Shown here in pieces: positions 9,514-18,429 of a DNA stretch of 64,000 bases. The stretch is from an uncultured Candidatus Saccharibacteria bacterium (GTDB taxonomy: Bacteria; Patescibacteriota; Minisyncoccia; Phycocordibacterales; UBA9973): contig CAYOLW010000005.1 in assembly GCA_964404925.1 (NCBI GenBank), positions 5,458-69,457 of the forward strand, written 5' to 3'. Position numbers and translations under genes: made by a program. Numbering within the stretch: position 1 is the first letter of the stretch; the number at the start of each line of letters is the position of its first letter. The notes below the pieces were generated by a model. That model ran no database searches and was not told the origin of the DNA. It saw nothing but the letters and a program-made list of their open reading frames with translations.

Positions 9514-11028
9514 ATGCAAAAAAATTCACAGAAACAAATAGCGGAATTCATCAAGAAATTACGAGAACATAAGGGTATGACCCAGGGTGATTTCGCTAAA
9601 GCTTTAAGTACATCTCAAAGTGCGGTTGCACGGATGGAGTCCGGTGGACAAAATTTCACCACTGAACTACTTGATAAAATTAGTAATGTATTAGAGAAAA
9701 GTGTAGTAGCAGTAGGGGGAAGCTCAATGGATTTTGAAGTAGAAGGCGGGCACAAACTCTCTGGCAGTATAAAGACAAATTTTTCTAAGAATGGTTCTGT
9801 TGGACTTCTGTGTGCTTCCCTATTAAATCAAGGTACAACCACCCTGCATGGTATTGCTCGAATTGAAGAGGTATATCGAGTGATCGAAATATTAGAAAGC
9901 ATCGGGGTAAAAATAAAATGGCAAGGACCAAATACTGTAGTTATAAACCCCCCATCAAAATTTGAATTAAATAAAATAAATGTTGAATCTGCAATTAAGA
10001 CACGTTCAATAATTATGATCATAGGACCGCTTATTCACCTATTACCTAAATTTGCTATTCCGCATGCATCTGGATGCAAACTGGGTAAAAGAACTATTGC
10101 CGCGCATACCTATGCGCTAAATGACCTTGGAGTGTCTATTGAGACAACTAACTCTGCTTACAACATAAGCACGAAAAAATTAAAACCCGCTGAAATAATT
10201 ATGTACGAAGCTGGTGATACTGCTTGTGAAAACATCCTCATGGCCGCTGCCAGAATACCCGGTAAAACTGTTATAAAATTTGCTAGTGCTAATTATATGG
10301 TGCAGGAGATATGTTTTTTCCTTGAAACCCTGGGGGTAAGTATTGAGGGTATAGGAACCAGCACTCTGGTTGTGCATGGAATAAGTGAAATAAACAAAAA
10401 CATTGAATACTCAAATAGCGAAGACCCAATTGAATCAATGATGTTCATCGCAGCAGCGCTGGTGACCGACTCAAATATAAAAATAGAACGATGCCCAATT
10501 GATTTCTTGTCGCTTGAATTAGACAAACTAAAGAGAATGGGGTTTAAATACAAAACAACTCCCGTCTATCAATCGTACAACAACAGAACAAATTTGGTTG
10601 ATATTGAAATTTTACCATCTAAATTAACTGCGCTTGAAGACAAAATACATGCCCTACCCTATCCTGGAATCAACATGGACAATCTACCATTTTTTGTACC
10701 GATCGCGGTGAAAGCCAAGGGTCAAACAATGATTCATGATTGGGTGTACGAAAACCGAGCTATTTATTTTACTGAACTCAACCGACTCGGTGCGAACATC
10801 ACACTAGCTGACCCTCATCGTGTATATATACAAGGAGGTACACCACTGAAATCCGCCCAATTAGTGTGTCCACCCGCACTGCGACCGGCAATGATAATAT
10901 TGATTGCTATGCTAGGCGCACCAGGTAAATCCATACTCAGAAATGTGTATATGATTAACCGTGGGTATGAAGATATTGCTACTCGATTAAGCTCAATCGG
11001 AGCAAAAATAAAGGTCATTCAAAATTAA
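9514..11028 (+). CDS. murA: UDP-N-acetylglucosamine 1-carboxyvinyltransferase (MurA) fused to an N-terminal XRE-type HTH domain
   Basis: Residues 1-70 HTH_XRE (MTQGDFAKALSTSQSAVARMESG); remainder shows the EPSP-synthase fold with the MurA active-site Cys context ASGCKLGKRTIAAH and AAARIPGKTVIKFASANYMVQEICFFLETLG. Confidence 0.75.
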   Translation: MQKNSQKQIAEFIKKLREHKGMTQGDFAKALSTSQSAVARMESGGQNFTTELLDKISNVLEKSVVAVGGSSMDFEVEGGHKLSGSIKTNFSKNGSVGLLCASLLNQGTTTLHGIARIEEVYRVIEILESIGVKIKWQGPNTVVINPPSKFELNKINVESAIKTRSIIMIIGPLIHLLPKFAIPHASGCKLGKRTIAAHTYALNDLGVSIETTNSAYNISTKKLKPAEIIMYEAGDTACENILMAAARIPGKTVIKFASANYMVQEICFFLETLGVSIEGIGTSTLVVHGISEINKNIEYSNSEDPIESMMFIAAALVTDSNIKIERCPIDFLSLELDKLKRMGFKYKTTPVYQSYNNRTNLVDIEILPSKLTALEDKIHALPYPGINMDNLPFFVPIAVKAKGQTMIHDWVYENRAIYFTELNRLGANITLADPHRVYIQGGTPLKSAQLVCPPALRPAMIILIAMLGAPGKSILRNVYMINRGYEDIATRLSSIGAKIKVIQN

Positions 11029-11888
11029 TGGCAAAAAAGAAAGTATTAGTGATACTGGGCCAAACTGCTACTGGCAAAAGTAGTCTGGCAGTCGATGCAG
11101 CCATAAAATTTTATGGCGAGATTATTTCTGCTGATAGCCGACAAGTATACAAAGGATTAGATATAGGCACAGGTAAAATAACAAAAAAAGAAATGAGGGG
11201 TGTTCCACATTATTTAATCGACGTGGTAAGTCCTAAAAAAGTCTTTACCGTTACTCAATTTAAAGAATTAGCGGAAGAAAAAATCAAAGACATTATTCGT
11301 CGAGGTAAACTACCCATCATATGTGGTGGAACAGGATTCTATATCGATGCTATTATAAAAAATATAATTTTACCGGAGGTGCCGCCGAACAAGAAACTCC
11401 GCCAGAAGTTAGAAAAACTATCTACCGAAAATTTATTATCAACACTCCGCAAACTAGATAGAAAACGAGCCTCCAGTATTGTAAAGAAGAATGAACAAAA
11501 TAACCGCGTACGAATAATTCGAGCAATTGAGATTGCTGAAGCATTGGGCCACGTACCCATGGTAAAGAAAAATAAATCAGAATATGAATTTATTCAAATA
11601 GGGTTATTGGTCCCAAAAAATATTCACGATGCAAAAATAGAAAAAAGAGTTGAGGCTATGTTTAAAAACGGCTTACTTAAAGAAATATTCAACCTAAAGA
11701 AAAATGGCATCAATTCTAAGCGCTTGCAAGAATTTGGTTTTGAATACAACGAACCTACCATCGACAAGGTAATCTCAGAAACTATAAAATATGCCAAAAG
11801 ACAGATGACTTGGTTCAAACGATATCCAGAAATTACATGGTTGGAACCATCTCAGGTTATTTCTTTTTTAGAAAAGAACCTAAAATAG
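11028..11888 (+). CDS. miaA: tRNA dimethylallyltransferase
   Basis: P-loop GQTATGKS; ISADSRQVYKGLDIGTGK. Confidence 0.85.
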   Translation: MAKKKVLVILGQTATGKSSLAVDAAIKFYGEIISADSRQVYKGLDIGTGKITKKEMRGVPHYLIDVVSPKKVFTVTQFKELAEEKIKDIIRRGKLPIICGGTGFYIDAIIKNIILPEVPPNKKLRQKLEKLSTENLLSTLRKLDRKRASSIVKKNEQNNRVRIIRAIEIAEALGHVPMVKKNKSEYEFIQIGLLVPKNIHDAKIEKRVEAMFKNGLLKEIFNLKKNGINSKRLQEFGFEYNEPTIDKVISETIKYAKRQMTWFKRYPEITWLEPSQVISFLEKNLK

Positions 11889-12441
11889 GCAGACAAGAAA
11901 CAAAAATAACCACAAAGATAAGCCACTCCAAGTGATCTTTGAGTTCTGGGAAAATACTTCCAAGGAAGTATCCTACTGATATTACACCAACAGACCATAT
12001 AGTAGATCCGATAAAGTTATAAAGAATATATTTTCTAAAATCCATATTAGCAACACCTGCGACTGTGGGCATAAATGTCCTTACGACTGGAACAAAACGT
12101 GCCAAAACAATAGCCAAGTGTCCATGTTTTTCTAAAAATAAATGTGCCTTGTCAATATATTCTTTTTTTAAAATACTTCTAAAGAATTTAAACTTTCTTA
12201 ACCTTTCTAGATACACCCCTACGTAATAACCTAAAATACCACCAAAAAATGTGGCTATAAAAACAAGGGGTATAAGATAAAAAATATTTAGATGCCCAGT
12301 GACAGCTACCAGACCAGCTGTAAATAAAAGAGAGTCTCCAGGCAAAGCGAAGAAAATACCTGATTCTAAAAAGACGATAACAAATATGCCTGCGTAACCA
12401 TATACGCTAATTAAATTTTGTATATCAAAAAGTAAATCCAT
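11857..12441 (-). CDS. DedA/SNARE-associated family inner-membrane protein
   Basis: FLESGIFFALPGDSLLFTAG DedA signature; 4-5 TM helices. Confidence 0.8.
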   Translation of the reverse strand: MDLLFDIQNLISVYGYAGIFVIVFLESGIFFALPGDSLLFTAGLVAVTGHLNIFYLIPLVFIATFFGGILGYYVGVYLERLRKFKFFRSILKKEYIDKAHLFLEKHGHLAIVLARFVPVVRTFMPTVAGVANMDFRKYILYNFIGSTIWSVGVISVGYFLGSIFPELKDHLEWLIFVVIFVSCLPILGSFLKKK

Positions 12442-12614
12442 TATTCTTCTATATCATCCTCAACCTCTGCGCGTAGAACACGATGATCACCATCAGCACA
12501 ATGGCATGGGACCAGCTTTTCATTGTAGCGATTGCAATCGCTCGCTTGGCAGACTCCAGGATTATTAGAAACCCCCTCACACTCACCTAAGCATATGTAA
12601 TGATTGTTTTCCAT
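12441..12614 (-). CDS. small Cys/His-rich putative metal-binding protein (57 aa; absent from ORF track)
   Basis: My translation: MENNHYICLGECEGVSNNPGVCQASDCNRYNEKLVPCHCADGDHRVLRAEVEDDIEE; 7 Cys and 3 His; the TAATG stop/start overlap with DedA suggests translational coupling; a TATAAT box lies upstream. Confidence 0.4.
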   Translation of the reverse strand: MENNHYICLGECEGVSNNPGVCQASDCNRYNEKLVPCHCADGDHRVLRAEVEDDIEE

Positions 12615-12676
12615 AATAGATATTATATCACGAAAAATAAGTAAGAGATTATATCTTTTCTATTTCTTTCAAATCT

Positions 12677-12856
12677 TTACCTGGTAAATACACTGTTCCT
12701 CCCCTTACCTACGATTAATCGTATGTGTCGGTGATTACCTTCACTAATTATTCCATCCAATGCGTGAGAGCATTCAAGTGTGGTATACCCATGAAAATCA
12801 ACTACCAAATCAGGTACTTGTTCGTATTTATTACCAACACCTTTGTAGTAGGACAT
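12677..12856 (-). CDS. short Smr-domain-like protein (59 aa; absent from ORF track)
   Basis: My translation: MSYYKGVGNKYEQVPDLVVDFHGYTTLECSHALDGIISEGNHRHIRLIVGKGRNSVYLPG; the D.HG...EA...IIvGKG.nS pattern matches the Smr N-terminal half. Confidence 0.4.
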   Translation of the reverse strand: MSYYKGVGNKYEQVPDLVVDFHGYTTLECSHALDGIISEGNHRHIRLIVGKGRNSVFTR

Positions 12857-12874
12857 ATATGTGTACCCACAATA

Positions 12875-13594
12875 TTATTTGAGTGTAATACTTTTGATTA
12901 TTACTGGCTCAAGTGGTCTGTCATTTGAATCGGTAGCTACATTATTGATTGCATCTGCTACACTCGCCCCAGACACAACCTTGCCGAAAACGGTATGTTT
13001 AGCATCTAGAAAGTTGTTGTCAGCTGCGTTGATAAAGAATTGGCTACCGTTTGTATTAGGACCAGAATTAGCCATAGATATTGTGTATTTGTTGTTTTTA
13101 TTACCAGCTACTATCTCATCGTTAAATTTATATCCAGGACCACCGGTACCCCAGTACGCATCTTTACTGTCATCTTTAGACAAAGGATCTCCACCCTGAC
13201 TCATAAACCCCTTGATCACGCGATGAAACTTGGTTCCATTGTAGAATCCTTCTTTTGACAACTTTATGAAATTCTCAGCGGTCTTAGGAGTTACAGCACT
13301 AAATTCTATAGTAATATTTCCTTTGGTTGTTTGTATGACTGCTTGAGTAATCTTTTTAGTATCGTTTACGCTGGTGTCTTTTGTATTATCACTCTCTGAT
13401 GCTACTGGTTTTGATTCAGTTTCTGTTGCTAAGCCACCCTCTTTCTCCGCATCACCAACAACAGTCTGTGAGTCTTCTGCCTGATTTGTGGCCTGTTTAT
13501 TAGGCTTAAACAAGAAATACATACCCACGAGTACCGCTACGAGTAACACTAAAATACCTATATACCCACCCTTAAATTTATTTTTCATACGCAA
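12875..13594 (-). CDS. ppiB: membrane-anchored cyclophilin-type peptidyl-prolyl cis-trans isomerase
   Basis: FHRVIKGFMSQGGDP, WGTGGPGYKF, MANSGPNTNGSQFFI; N-terminal TM helix then Ser/Thr-rich linker. Confidence 0.85.
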   Translation of the reverse strand: MRMKNKFKGGYIGILVLLVAVLVGMYFLFKPNKQATNQAEDSQTVVGDAEKEGGLATETESKPVASESDNTKDTSVNDTKKITQAVIQTTKGNITIEFSAVTPKTAENFIKLSKEGFYNGTKFHRVIKGFMSQGGDPLSKDDSKDAYWGTGGPGYKFNDEIVAGNKNNKYTISMANSGPNTNGSQFFINAADNNFLDAKHTVFGKVVSGASVADAINNVATDSNDRPLEPVIIKSITLK

Positions 13595-13637
13595 TATTAT
13601 ATCACGATAATAAATACAAAATAGTATTCTTACTTTT

Positions 13638-13757
13638 TAATCTTTTTGTATTTTTACCAAACCTTTTTTGGTTGTACCGAGCATGTATCCATTATATTTT
13701 TCTAGTTCTGGAACTTCAATAGGGAGAGTAATTTCTGGCTTAGAGAATGCAATTTAT
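13638..13757 (-). pseudogene. orphan 3'-terminal gene fragment, about 90% nt identical to the 3' end of ORF 17614-18213
   Basis: Reads ...IAFSKPEITLPIEVPELEKYNGYMLGTTKKGLVKIQKD* versus ...IAFSKPEIALPIEVPELEKYNGYMLGKTQSGIVKIDKD* in the full gene; begins exactly at the stop of the L,D-transpeptidase gene. Confidence 0.5.
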
Positions 13758-14653
13758 GTACTAGATTTAATCTTTGGTAAATAGTTTTTAACTAAATCTT
13801 CTAAAATGGATCTAGGTGTATCTGTTGATTTTGAGTTTTCTGGTAATAATGTCCAAGGTGCAGGACCATCAAAATTATAGTTATTATATACAACAACAGG
13901 TGTACCTTCTGTTATCACTTCACCATTTTTCCACGTCCACTCCTCGGTCCATTTATACATCCAATAAGCATCAGCTTCAGTCATACGTACACAAGAGTGA
14001 CTAGCAGGATATCCTGGCAAACTGTACTGATGCATTGATATGCCTGCCAAATTGTCTATATTCATATTCCACTTCAATATCCATTCATCGTCAAAGGTAC
14101 TAATAGTTTCCTCTCCTTTCCAATTTACAAAGAAAAGACCGCTTGGTGTCTGGTTTAACTTTTTACCCGAACTAACAGGCCCGCTATGTACCAACAAACC
14201 ATACTCATAAGCACCAAATGCTTGTATGGGCTGAGATACTATTATTAATTTTGGTATGCTCTTGGCAGTGCCAATTTTACCTGGCAAGTATTCCCATTTT
14301 TTAATAGTATTAATATCCTTTGGAACAACTATGGTCATTCCGGGTCTTATATTGCCACGGTCTATTCTATTTATTCCTAGCACTAAATCTACATTTGAAT
14401 CTCCGACCAAAGTTATTAACTCATTTAAAGGTTGTTTTGATGATAACTCAACCTTAGTAAACATACCAACCGGTCTTGCTTGGGTGGGATATGATACAGA
14501 CTCTACTGCTTTTCTTAGTTTACTTGATATTGGTTCATTCGCTGTATAAATAATATTGGCATTATCGTTTAGACGAGTACTTCTGATAAGAATAAAAGCA
14601 AGTATAAACAGTGAAACAATTATTAATACTAGAATTGAATTTTTTTTCACCAA
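13754..14653 (-). CDS. L,D-transpeptidase (YkuD domain) with N-terminal TM anchor
   Basis: Catalytic motif YPASHSCVRM (HxC); N-terminal signal/TM. Confidence 0.75.
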   Translation of the reverse strand: MVKKNSILVLIIVSLFILAFILIRSTRLNDNANIIYTANEPISSKLRKAVESVSYPTQARPVGMFTKVELSSKQPLNELITLVGDSNVDLVLGINRIDRGNIRPGMTIVVPKDINTIKKWEYLPGKIGTAKSIPKLIIVSQPIQAFGAYEYGLLVHSGPVSSGKKLNQTPSGLFFVNWKGEETISTFDDEWILKWNMNIDNLAGISMHQYSLPGYPASHSCVRMTEADAYWMYKWTEEWTWKNGEVITEGTPVVVYNNYNFDGPAPWTLLPENSKSTDTPRSILEDLVKNYLPKIKSST

Positions 14654-14703
14654 CTGATGACGTTTAAGAAACTAAAAAATTACATATACATACTAAATAA
14701 ACA

Positions 14704-14732
14704 TTGACATTGGGTACACGATTGCTACTATT
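14704..14732 (+). promoter_or_regulatory. candidate promoter TTGACA-17-ACTATT upstream of the ATG at 14740
   Basis: Consensus -35; weak -10; the ORF track's TTG start lies inside this promoter. Confidence 0.3.
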
Positions 14733-14739
14733 AGGTCCC

Positions 14740-15282
14740 ATGATACTAACACCGACATATGAAATGCCTTATAGTGTCCCATTATTTTCGCAGATCAGCG
14801 ATATTTCATCTGTGGCTTGGAAGCAAAAAGGTTGCGGAGTTGCAGACGTTGCAATGATAGTTGAATTCTACAAACCAAACACAACTTCAGTGCAAGAAGT
14901 ATTAGAAGAAGGCTTAAAGGCCGGTGCTTACGTGAAAAATGTCGGTTGGAGTCATAACGGTCTCGCGTCCTTAGCAGTAAAACACGGTTTAGTAGGCAAG
15001 ACTGTTGATTTATCAAATTTTAAAAATGCAGCTGCACTAAAAGAGTTTCGAAGTACTGTAAAAGAAGGACCGGTTATAGCGTCTATACATCGAGGTTTTA
15101 ACCCAAAAAGTCCGTACGGACATTTAATTGTTATAACTGGGTTTGACGATAAGTTAGTTTATTATAATGATCCAGGTAAACGCGACGGAATAAGGACAGT
15201 TGCAATTGAAGACTTTGTCAAAGGCTGGAAAAAAAGACTGATTGTTATAAGGGAACCTGATACAAAGATATCTCTGCGTTAA
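14740..15282 (+). CDS. papain-like cysteine peptidase of the C39-like family
   Basis: AWKQKGCGVADVAMIV (Cys nucleophile) ... GHLIVITGFDDKLVYYNDPG (His) matches the Peptidase_C39_2 pattern; ATG 14740 preferred over the track's TTG at 14704. Confidence 0.6.
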   Translation: MILTPTYEMPYSVPLFSQISDISSVAWKQKGCGVADVAMIVEFYKPNTTSVQEVLEEGLKAGAYVKNVGWSHNGLASLAVKHGLVGKTVDLSNFKNAAALKEFRSTVKEGPVIASIHRGFNPKSPYGHLIVITGFDDKLVYYNDPGKRDGIRTVAIEDFVKGWKKRLIVIREPDTKISLR

Positions 15283-15310
15283 GTTTTACATCGTAATTAT
15301 TTTTTAGATT

Positions 15311-16180
15311 TTATTCACAACCCCAGCCATCCCCGTCCCTGTCCAACCCATATTCATCATAACCAAGCACTTGAACTTTACCTGTATAATACGGACCATT
15401 ACCTGAGCCACCAGCACAATCATAGTCACTGGCATTAGGTTCTAAGCAGCCCGAATAATTGGAATTACACTGAGGTAAAGCTTGCTTGGTTGTTGTGGTC
15501 GTAGTCTTCAAAATTGCAGGCTCTGTAATAATAGGTGTGGGCAAGGCCTTAGAACCATTGCATTTATCAGGACCCCACAGTCCTCTCTTGTTTAACTCTG
15601 CTTCTCGCTGAGCGGATTTGAATTGTTGTTGATATTTATAAGGCAAATCATAAGTATATTCGTAGGCATAACCGTCTTTAATCATTTTAAGATTAAAGTT
15701 AGTCCCATCTTCTAAAAAGACATATCGTAGTAGCCTGTCGTATTTATCGCGCTCTCCTTGGGTGCTGTCTATCTCAAGAGATACTTGCTTACCCGCAAGT
15801 GTTGCCTTGGCTTTATTAGAAGCCTCGATTCCAAAACATTCTACTGGTTTTCTGGGGTCTACTGTTTCGGGAGTATTTATACCAATTAACCTTAATCTTT
15901 CAACCTTGCCATCAATAGCAACATCTAGAGTATCTCCGTCTATAACTTTTATAACTTTATAAAGATCTGAATTAACATTAATTGTTGGGTTTAAATCATC
16001 AGAAACAACATTGATCTCAGCCTTGTCTTCTGCTGGTGTTTTTATCTCTGCAACTTGTGCTTGAGGTGCTGCAACTTTTCTTTTAAACACTTTCCAACTA
16101 AAAGGATTCCACCAAGAAGCCAAAGCTATGGATGGTATCAAAAACACAACTAAAAACAAAACAGGTGCATATTTTTTCAT
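15311..16180 (-). CDS. secreted thermonuclease (SNase-like) fused to a C-terminal Excalibur Ca-binding domain
   Basis: Signal/TM MKKYAPVLFLVVFLIPSIALA; SNase motifs VIDGDTLDV...RLRLIGINTPE; C-terminal DYDCAGGSGNGPYYTG...DRDGDGWGCE. Confidence 0.75.
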   Translation of the reverse strand: MKKYAPVLFLVVFLIPSIALASWWNPFSWKVFKRKVAAPQAQVAEIKTPAEDKAEINVVSDDLNPTINVNSDLYKVIKVIDGDTLDVAIDGKVERLRLIGINTPETVDPRKPVECFGIEASNKAKATLAGKQVSLEIDSTQGERDKYDRLLRYVFLEDGTNFNLKMIKDGYAYEYTYDLPYKYQQQFKSAQREAELNKRGLWGPDKCNGSKALPTPIITEPAILKTTTTTTKQALPQCNSNYSGCLEPNASDYDCAGGSGNGPYYTGKVQVLGYDEYGLDRDGDGWGCE

Positions 16181-16218
16181 ATAATTTTGATCCCTCTATG
16201 AGGGTTGCTAATAGAGGG

Positions 16219-16242
16219 CTTGATGTTTGGATTTCAGAACTT
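16219..16242 (+). repeat. repeat copy A (core only: GATGTTTGGATTTCAGAACT) preceded by hairpin CCCTCTA...TAGAGGG
   Basis: Shares the GG(T)RTGGATTTCAGAACT core with copies B-D. Confidence 0.6.
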
Positions 16243-16288
16243 ATGAGGAATCATGAGCTAATCAGAAATGGTATTAAATCAATTAATT

Positions 16289-16945
16289 CTATTTCCTATT
16301 AATAACAATTTCTGAAACTTCCATGTTTTTAGGTAGGTCCAAAATCTGTTTTAACAAAAGAGCTAAATCTTCTGGCTTCATCCATTCATCTCCATTCTCT
16401 GTATTATCTACACCAGTCGCTTTTTCAAAAAGCTTAGTTTTGAATCCTCCTGGGCAAAAGCTAATTACCCTATTTGGCTTACCTTTAAATTCTTCTTGTA
16501 AGTTTTTACTAAATCCTCTAACTGCCCATTTAGATGCACCGTAAACTGCCTGATTTACATAACCTTTTAACCCCACCGTAGAGGCTACATTTACGATATC
16601 AGTTTTATCATTAAGAATTCTTTCATACAGATTTGATATTAGCAAAATCTGAGATTTTACGTTAGTAGACATTAAACGCTTTATTTCATCTTCTGTGATT
16701 TCTCCCATTTTTTGCACAGACAAAACACCCGCACAATTAATTATTGCTTCTACAGGTTCTTTTAATTCTAATATTTGATCTGTAGCTTTTTTAATTTCTT
16801 CTCCTTCACGAAGAGATAAGCAAATATTCATATCAGCATATTCACATTCATTTCTAGAAATATTTAGAACTTTCTTACCTGCTTCTTTATATAATTTTGC
16901 GACTTGTTTTCCAAGTCCATCACTGGCTCCAGTTATTATTATCAT
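16289..16945 (-). CDS. short-chain dehydrogenase/reductase (SDR) family oxidoreductase
   Basis: IIITGASDGLGK (TGxxxGxG); YGASKWAV (YxxxK). Confidence 0.8.
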   Translation of the reverse strand: MIIITGASDGLGKQVAKLYKEAGKKVLNISRNECEYADMNICLSLREGEEIKKATDQILELKEPVEAIINCAGVLSVQKMGEITEDEIKRLMSTNVKSQILLISNLYERILNDKTDIVNVASTVGLKGYVNQAVYGASKWAVRGFSKNLQEEFKGKPNRVISFCPGGFKTKLFEKATGVDNTENGDEWMKPEDLALLLKQILDLPKNMEVSEIVINRK

Positions 16946-16957
16946 AATTACATTATA

Positions 16958-17103
16958 CCAAAAGTTCGCCTCGCTCGTAAGCTATGGCTGAGAGGAATTA
17001 CACTACGCCTGCCCGTCCTCTGGCGGGGCATACAAACTTGGACCCATAAATATATAGGTTTTATGATGTGCGGGCTTGAGGTATGGATTTCAGAACTTTT
17101 GAA
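16958..17103 (+). repeat. repeat copy B (CAAAAGTTCG...CCTCGCTCGTAAGCTATGGCTGAGAGGAATTACACTACG...CATAAATATATAGGTTTTATGATGTGCGGGCTTGAGGTATGGATTTCAGAACTTTTGA)
   Basis: Direct repeat; contains a degenerate copy (GGGCTTGAG) of the tRNA-Trp 3' end. Confidence 0.7.
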
Positions 17104-17152
17104 GCGCCACTCTTTGATTAAATTAAGTATTAATAGTTTTAATTAAAAAAAA

Positions 17153-17611
17153 TTATTTAACTGTATCTTTAAAAAATTCAACGACCTTGTCTTTTAAAAC
17201 ACCTTTAACAATTTCAGGTCTATAACCGTAATTCTCTGCAAAGTCATTAATTGAGTATTTCTTTGGCATAAACCTGCCAGGAATATCCCCTCTCATAGCC
17301 CCAATTACAATCTTATTTATTCCTGCTTGAAGAATAGCACCAGAACACATAACACAAGGTTCGTTGGTAGTATACATTATACACTCCTTTAAACTTGTAG
17401 TCTTTAGTGTCTTACATGCTTTCTTTATTGCTTGAAGCTCTGCATGAGCAGTGACATCATGAGTGGCCACATCTTCAGCATGTGCGGTACTTATGACTTC
17501 ACCATTCAAAACTACCATAGCACCAAATGGTAAATTGCCAGAAGCCTTTCCTTTGACCGCTTCAGCAATTGCTAAACTCATAAATTCTTCGTCTGTGATT
17601 AACGAGCTCAT
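17153..17611 (-). CDS. CMP/dCMP-type zinc deaminase (TadA-like tRNA adenosine deaminase or guanine deaminase)
   Basis: HAELQAIKK ... NEPCVMCSGAI (HAE / PCxxC zinc motifs); 152 aa. Confidence 0.8.
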   Translation of the reverse strand: MSSLITDEEFMSLAIAEAVKGKASGNLPFGAMVVLNGEVISTAHAEDVATHDVTAHAELQAIKKACKTLKTTSLKECIMYTTNEPCVMCSGAILQAGINKIVIGAMRGDIPGRFMPKKYSINDFAENYGYRPEIVKGVLKDKVVEFFKDTVK

Positions 17612-17613
17612 TT

Positions 17614-18213
17614 TTAGTCTTTATCTATTTTAACAATTCCACTTTGAGTTTTACCAAGCATGTATCCATTATATTTTTCTAGTTCTGGAACTTCAATAGG
17701 CAATGCAATTTCTGGTTTAGAGAATGCAATTATTGTGCTGTAATCTTTTTTACTTATTCTTTCTTTATCTGTGCATTCATCAATGTGTCCAGATAAAATA
17801 ACCTTCTCAAGGTTTAAACAAACATCAAAAACCTTTTCACTAAAGACTTCTAAATTCTTTACCAAGACAACTCTATCTTGCAAATCGGGGAGCACTTTCA
17901 CCACTTCATTAAACAAAGCTTCATTACCACTTTCAAGTATGATGACTTGAGAATCTTTTGCTTCCTCTAATTCTTCTAGCGAAGTTACGAAAGCAACTTT
18001 TGAGCTATCTTCACCCACTTGTTCCAAAAAGTTTTCTTTTGCCATTGTATAAGCAGTCAGGAATAATATTTTTGAACCAGACTTAAACAAGTCAGCAACA
18101 ATAGTAATACTAAAATGTGAACCCCCCGTTTTCTCTGCATAAGTTACTAAACACGGTAAATCACTTTCAGTAAATTTATACAATTCCCCTTTCAATAATA
18201 TATTGTTTTTCAT
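17614..18213 (-). CDS. hypothetical protein (199 aa), co-transcribed with the deaminase; its 3' end is duplicated at 13638-13757
   Basis: No recognisable motif; 2-nt gap to the deaminase start. Confidence 0.4.
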   Translation of the reverse strand: MKNNILLKGELYKFTESDLPCLVTYAEKTGGSHFSITIVADLFKSGSKILFLTAYTMAKENFLEQVGEDSSKVAFVTSLEELEEAKDSQVIILESGNEALFNEVVKVLPDLQDRVVLVKNLEVFSEKVFDVCLNLEKVILSGHIDECTDKERISKKDYSTIIAFSKPEIALPIEVPELEKYNGYMLGKTQSGIVKIDKD

Positions 18214-18234
18214 ACTAAAATTATACTATAGTTC

Positions 18235-18348
18235 ACCTCGCTCGTAAGCTATGGCTGAGAGAAATTACACTACGGTCTGCAAACTTAGACCCATAATATA
18301 TAGGTTTTATGATGTGCGGGCGATGAGGTGTGGATTTCAGAACTGGTG
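18235..18348 (+). repeat. repeat copy C (CCTCGCTCGTAAGCTATGGCTGAGAGAAATTACACTACGGTCTGCAAACTTAGACCCATAATATATAGGTTTTATGATGTGCGGGCGATGAGGTGTGGATTTCAGAACTGG)
   Basis: Contains an exact copy (GTGCGGGCGATGAG) of the 3' acceptor end of tRNA-Trp. Confidence 0.7.
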
Positions 18349-18429
18349 AGGGACCATACTGCGGTTGAAATAAGTCTTAATGAGATTAAAATATGTTACT
18401 AAAAGCAACTTCAAGGTTATAATATAACA

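Noticed and set aside
12725-13258. + strand ORFs 12725-12928, 12861-13199 and 13040-13258
   Set aside because: Antisense to the cyclophilin and Smr-like genes; the minus-strand products have clear family motifs.
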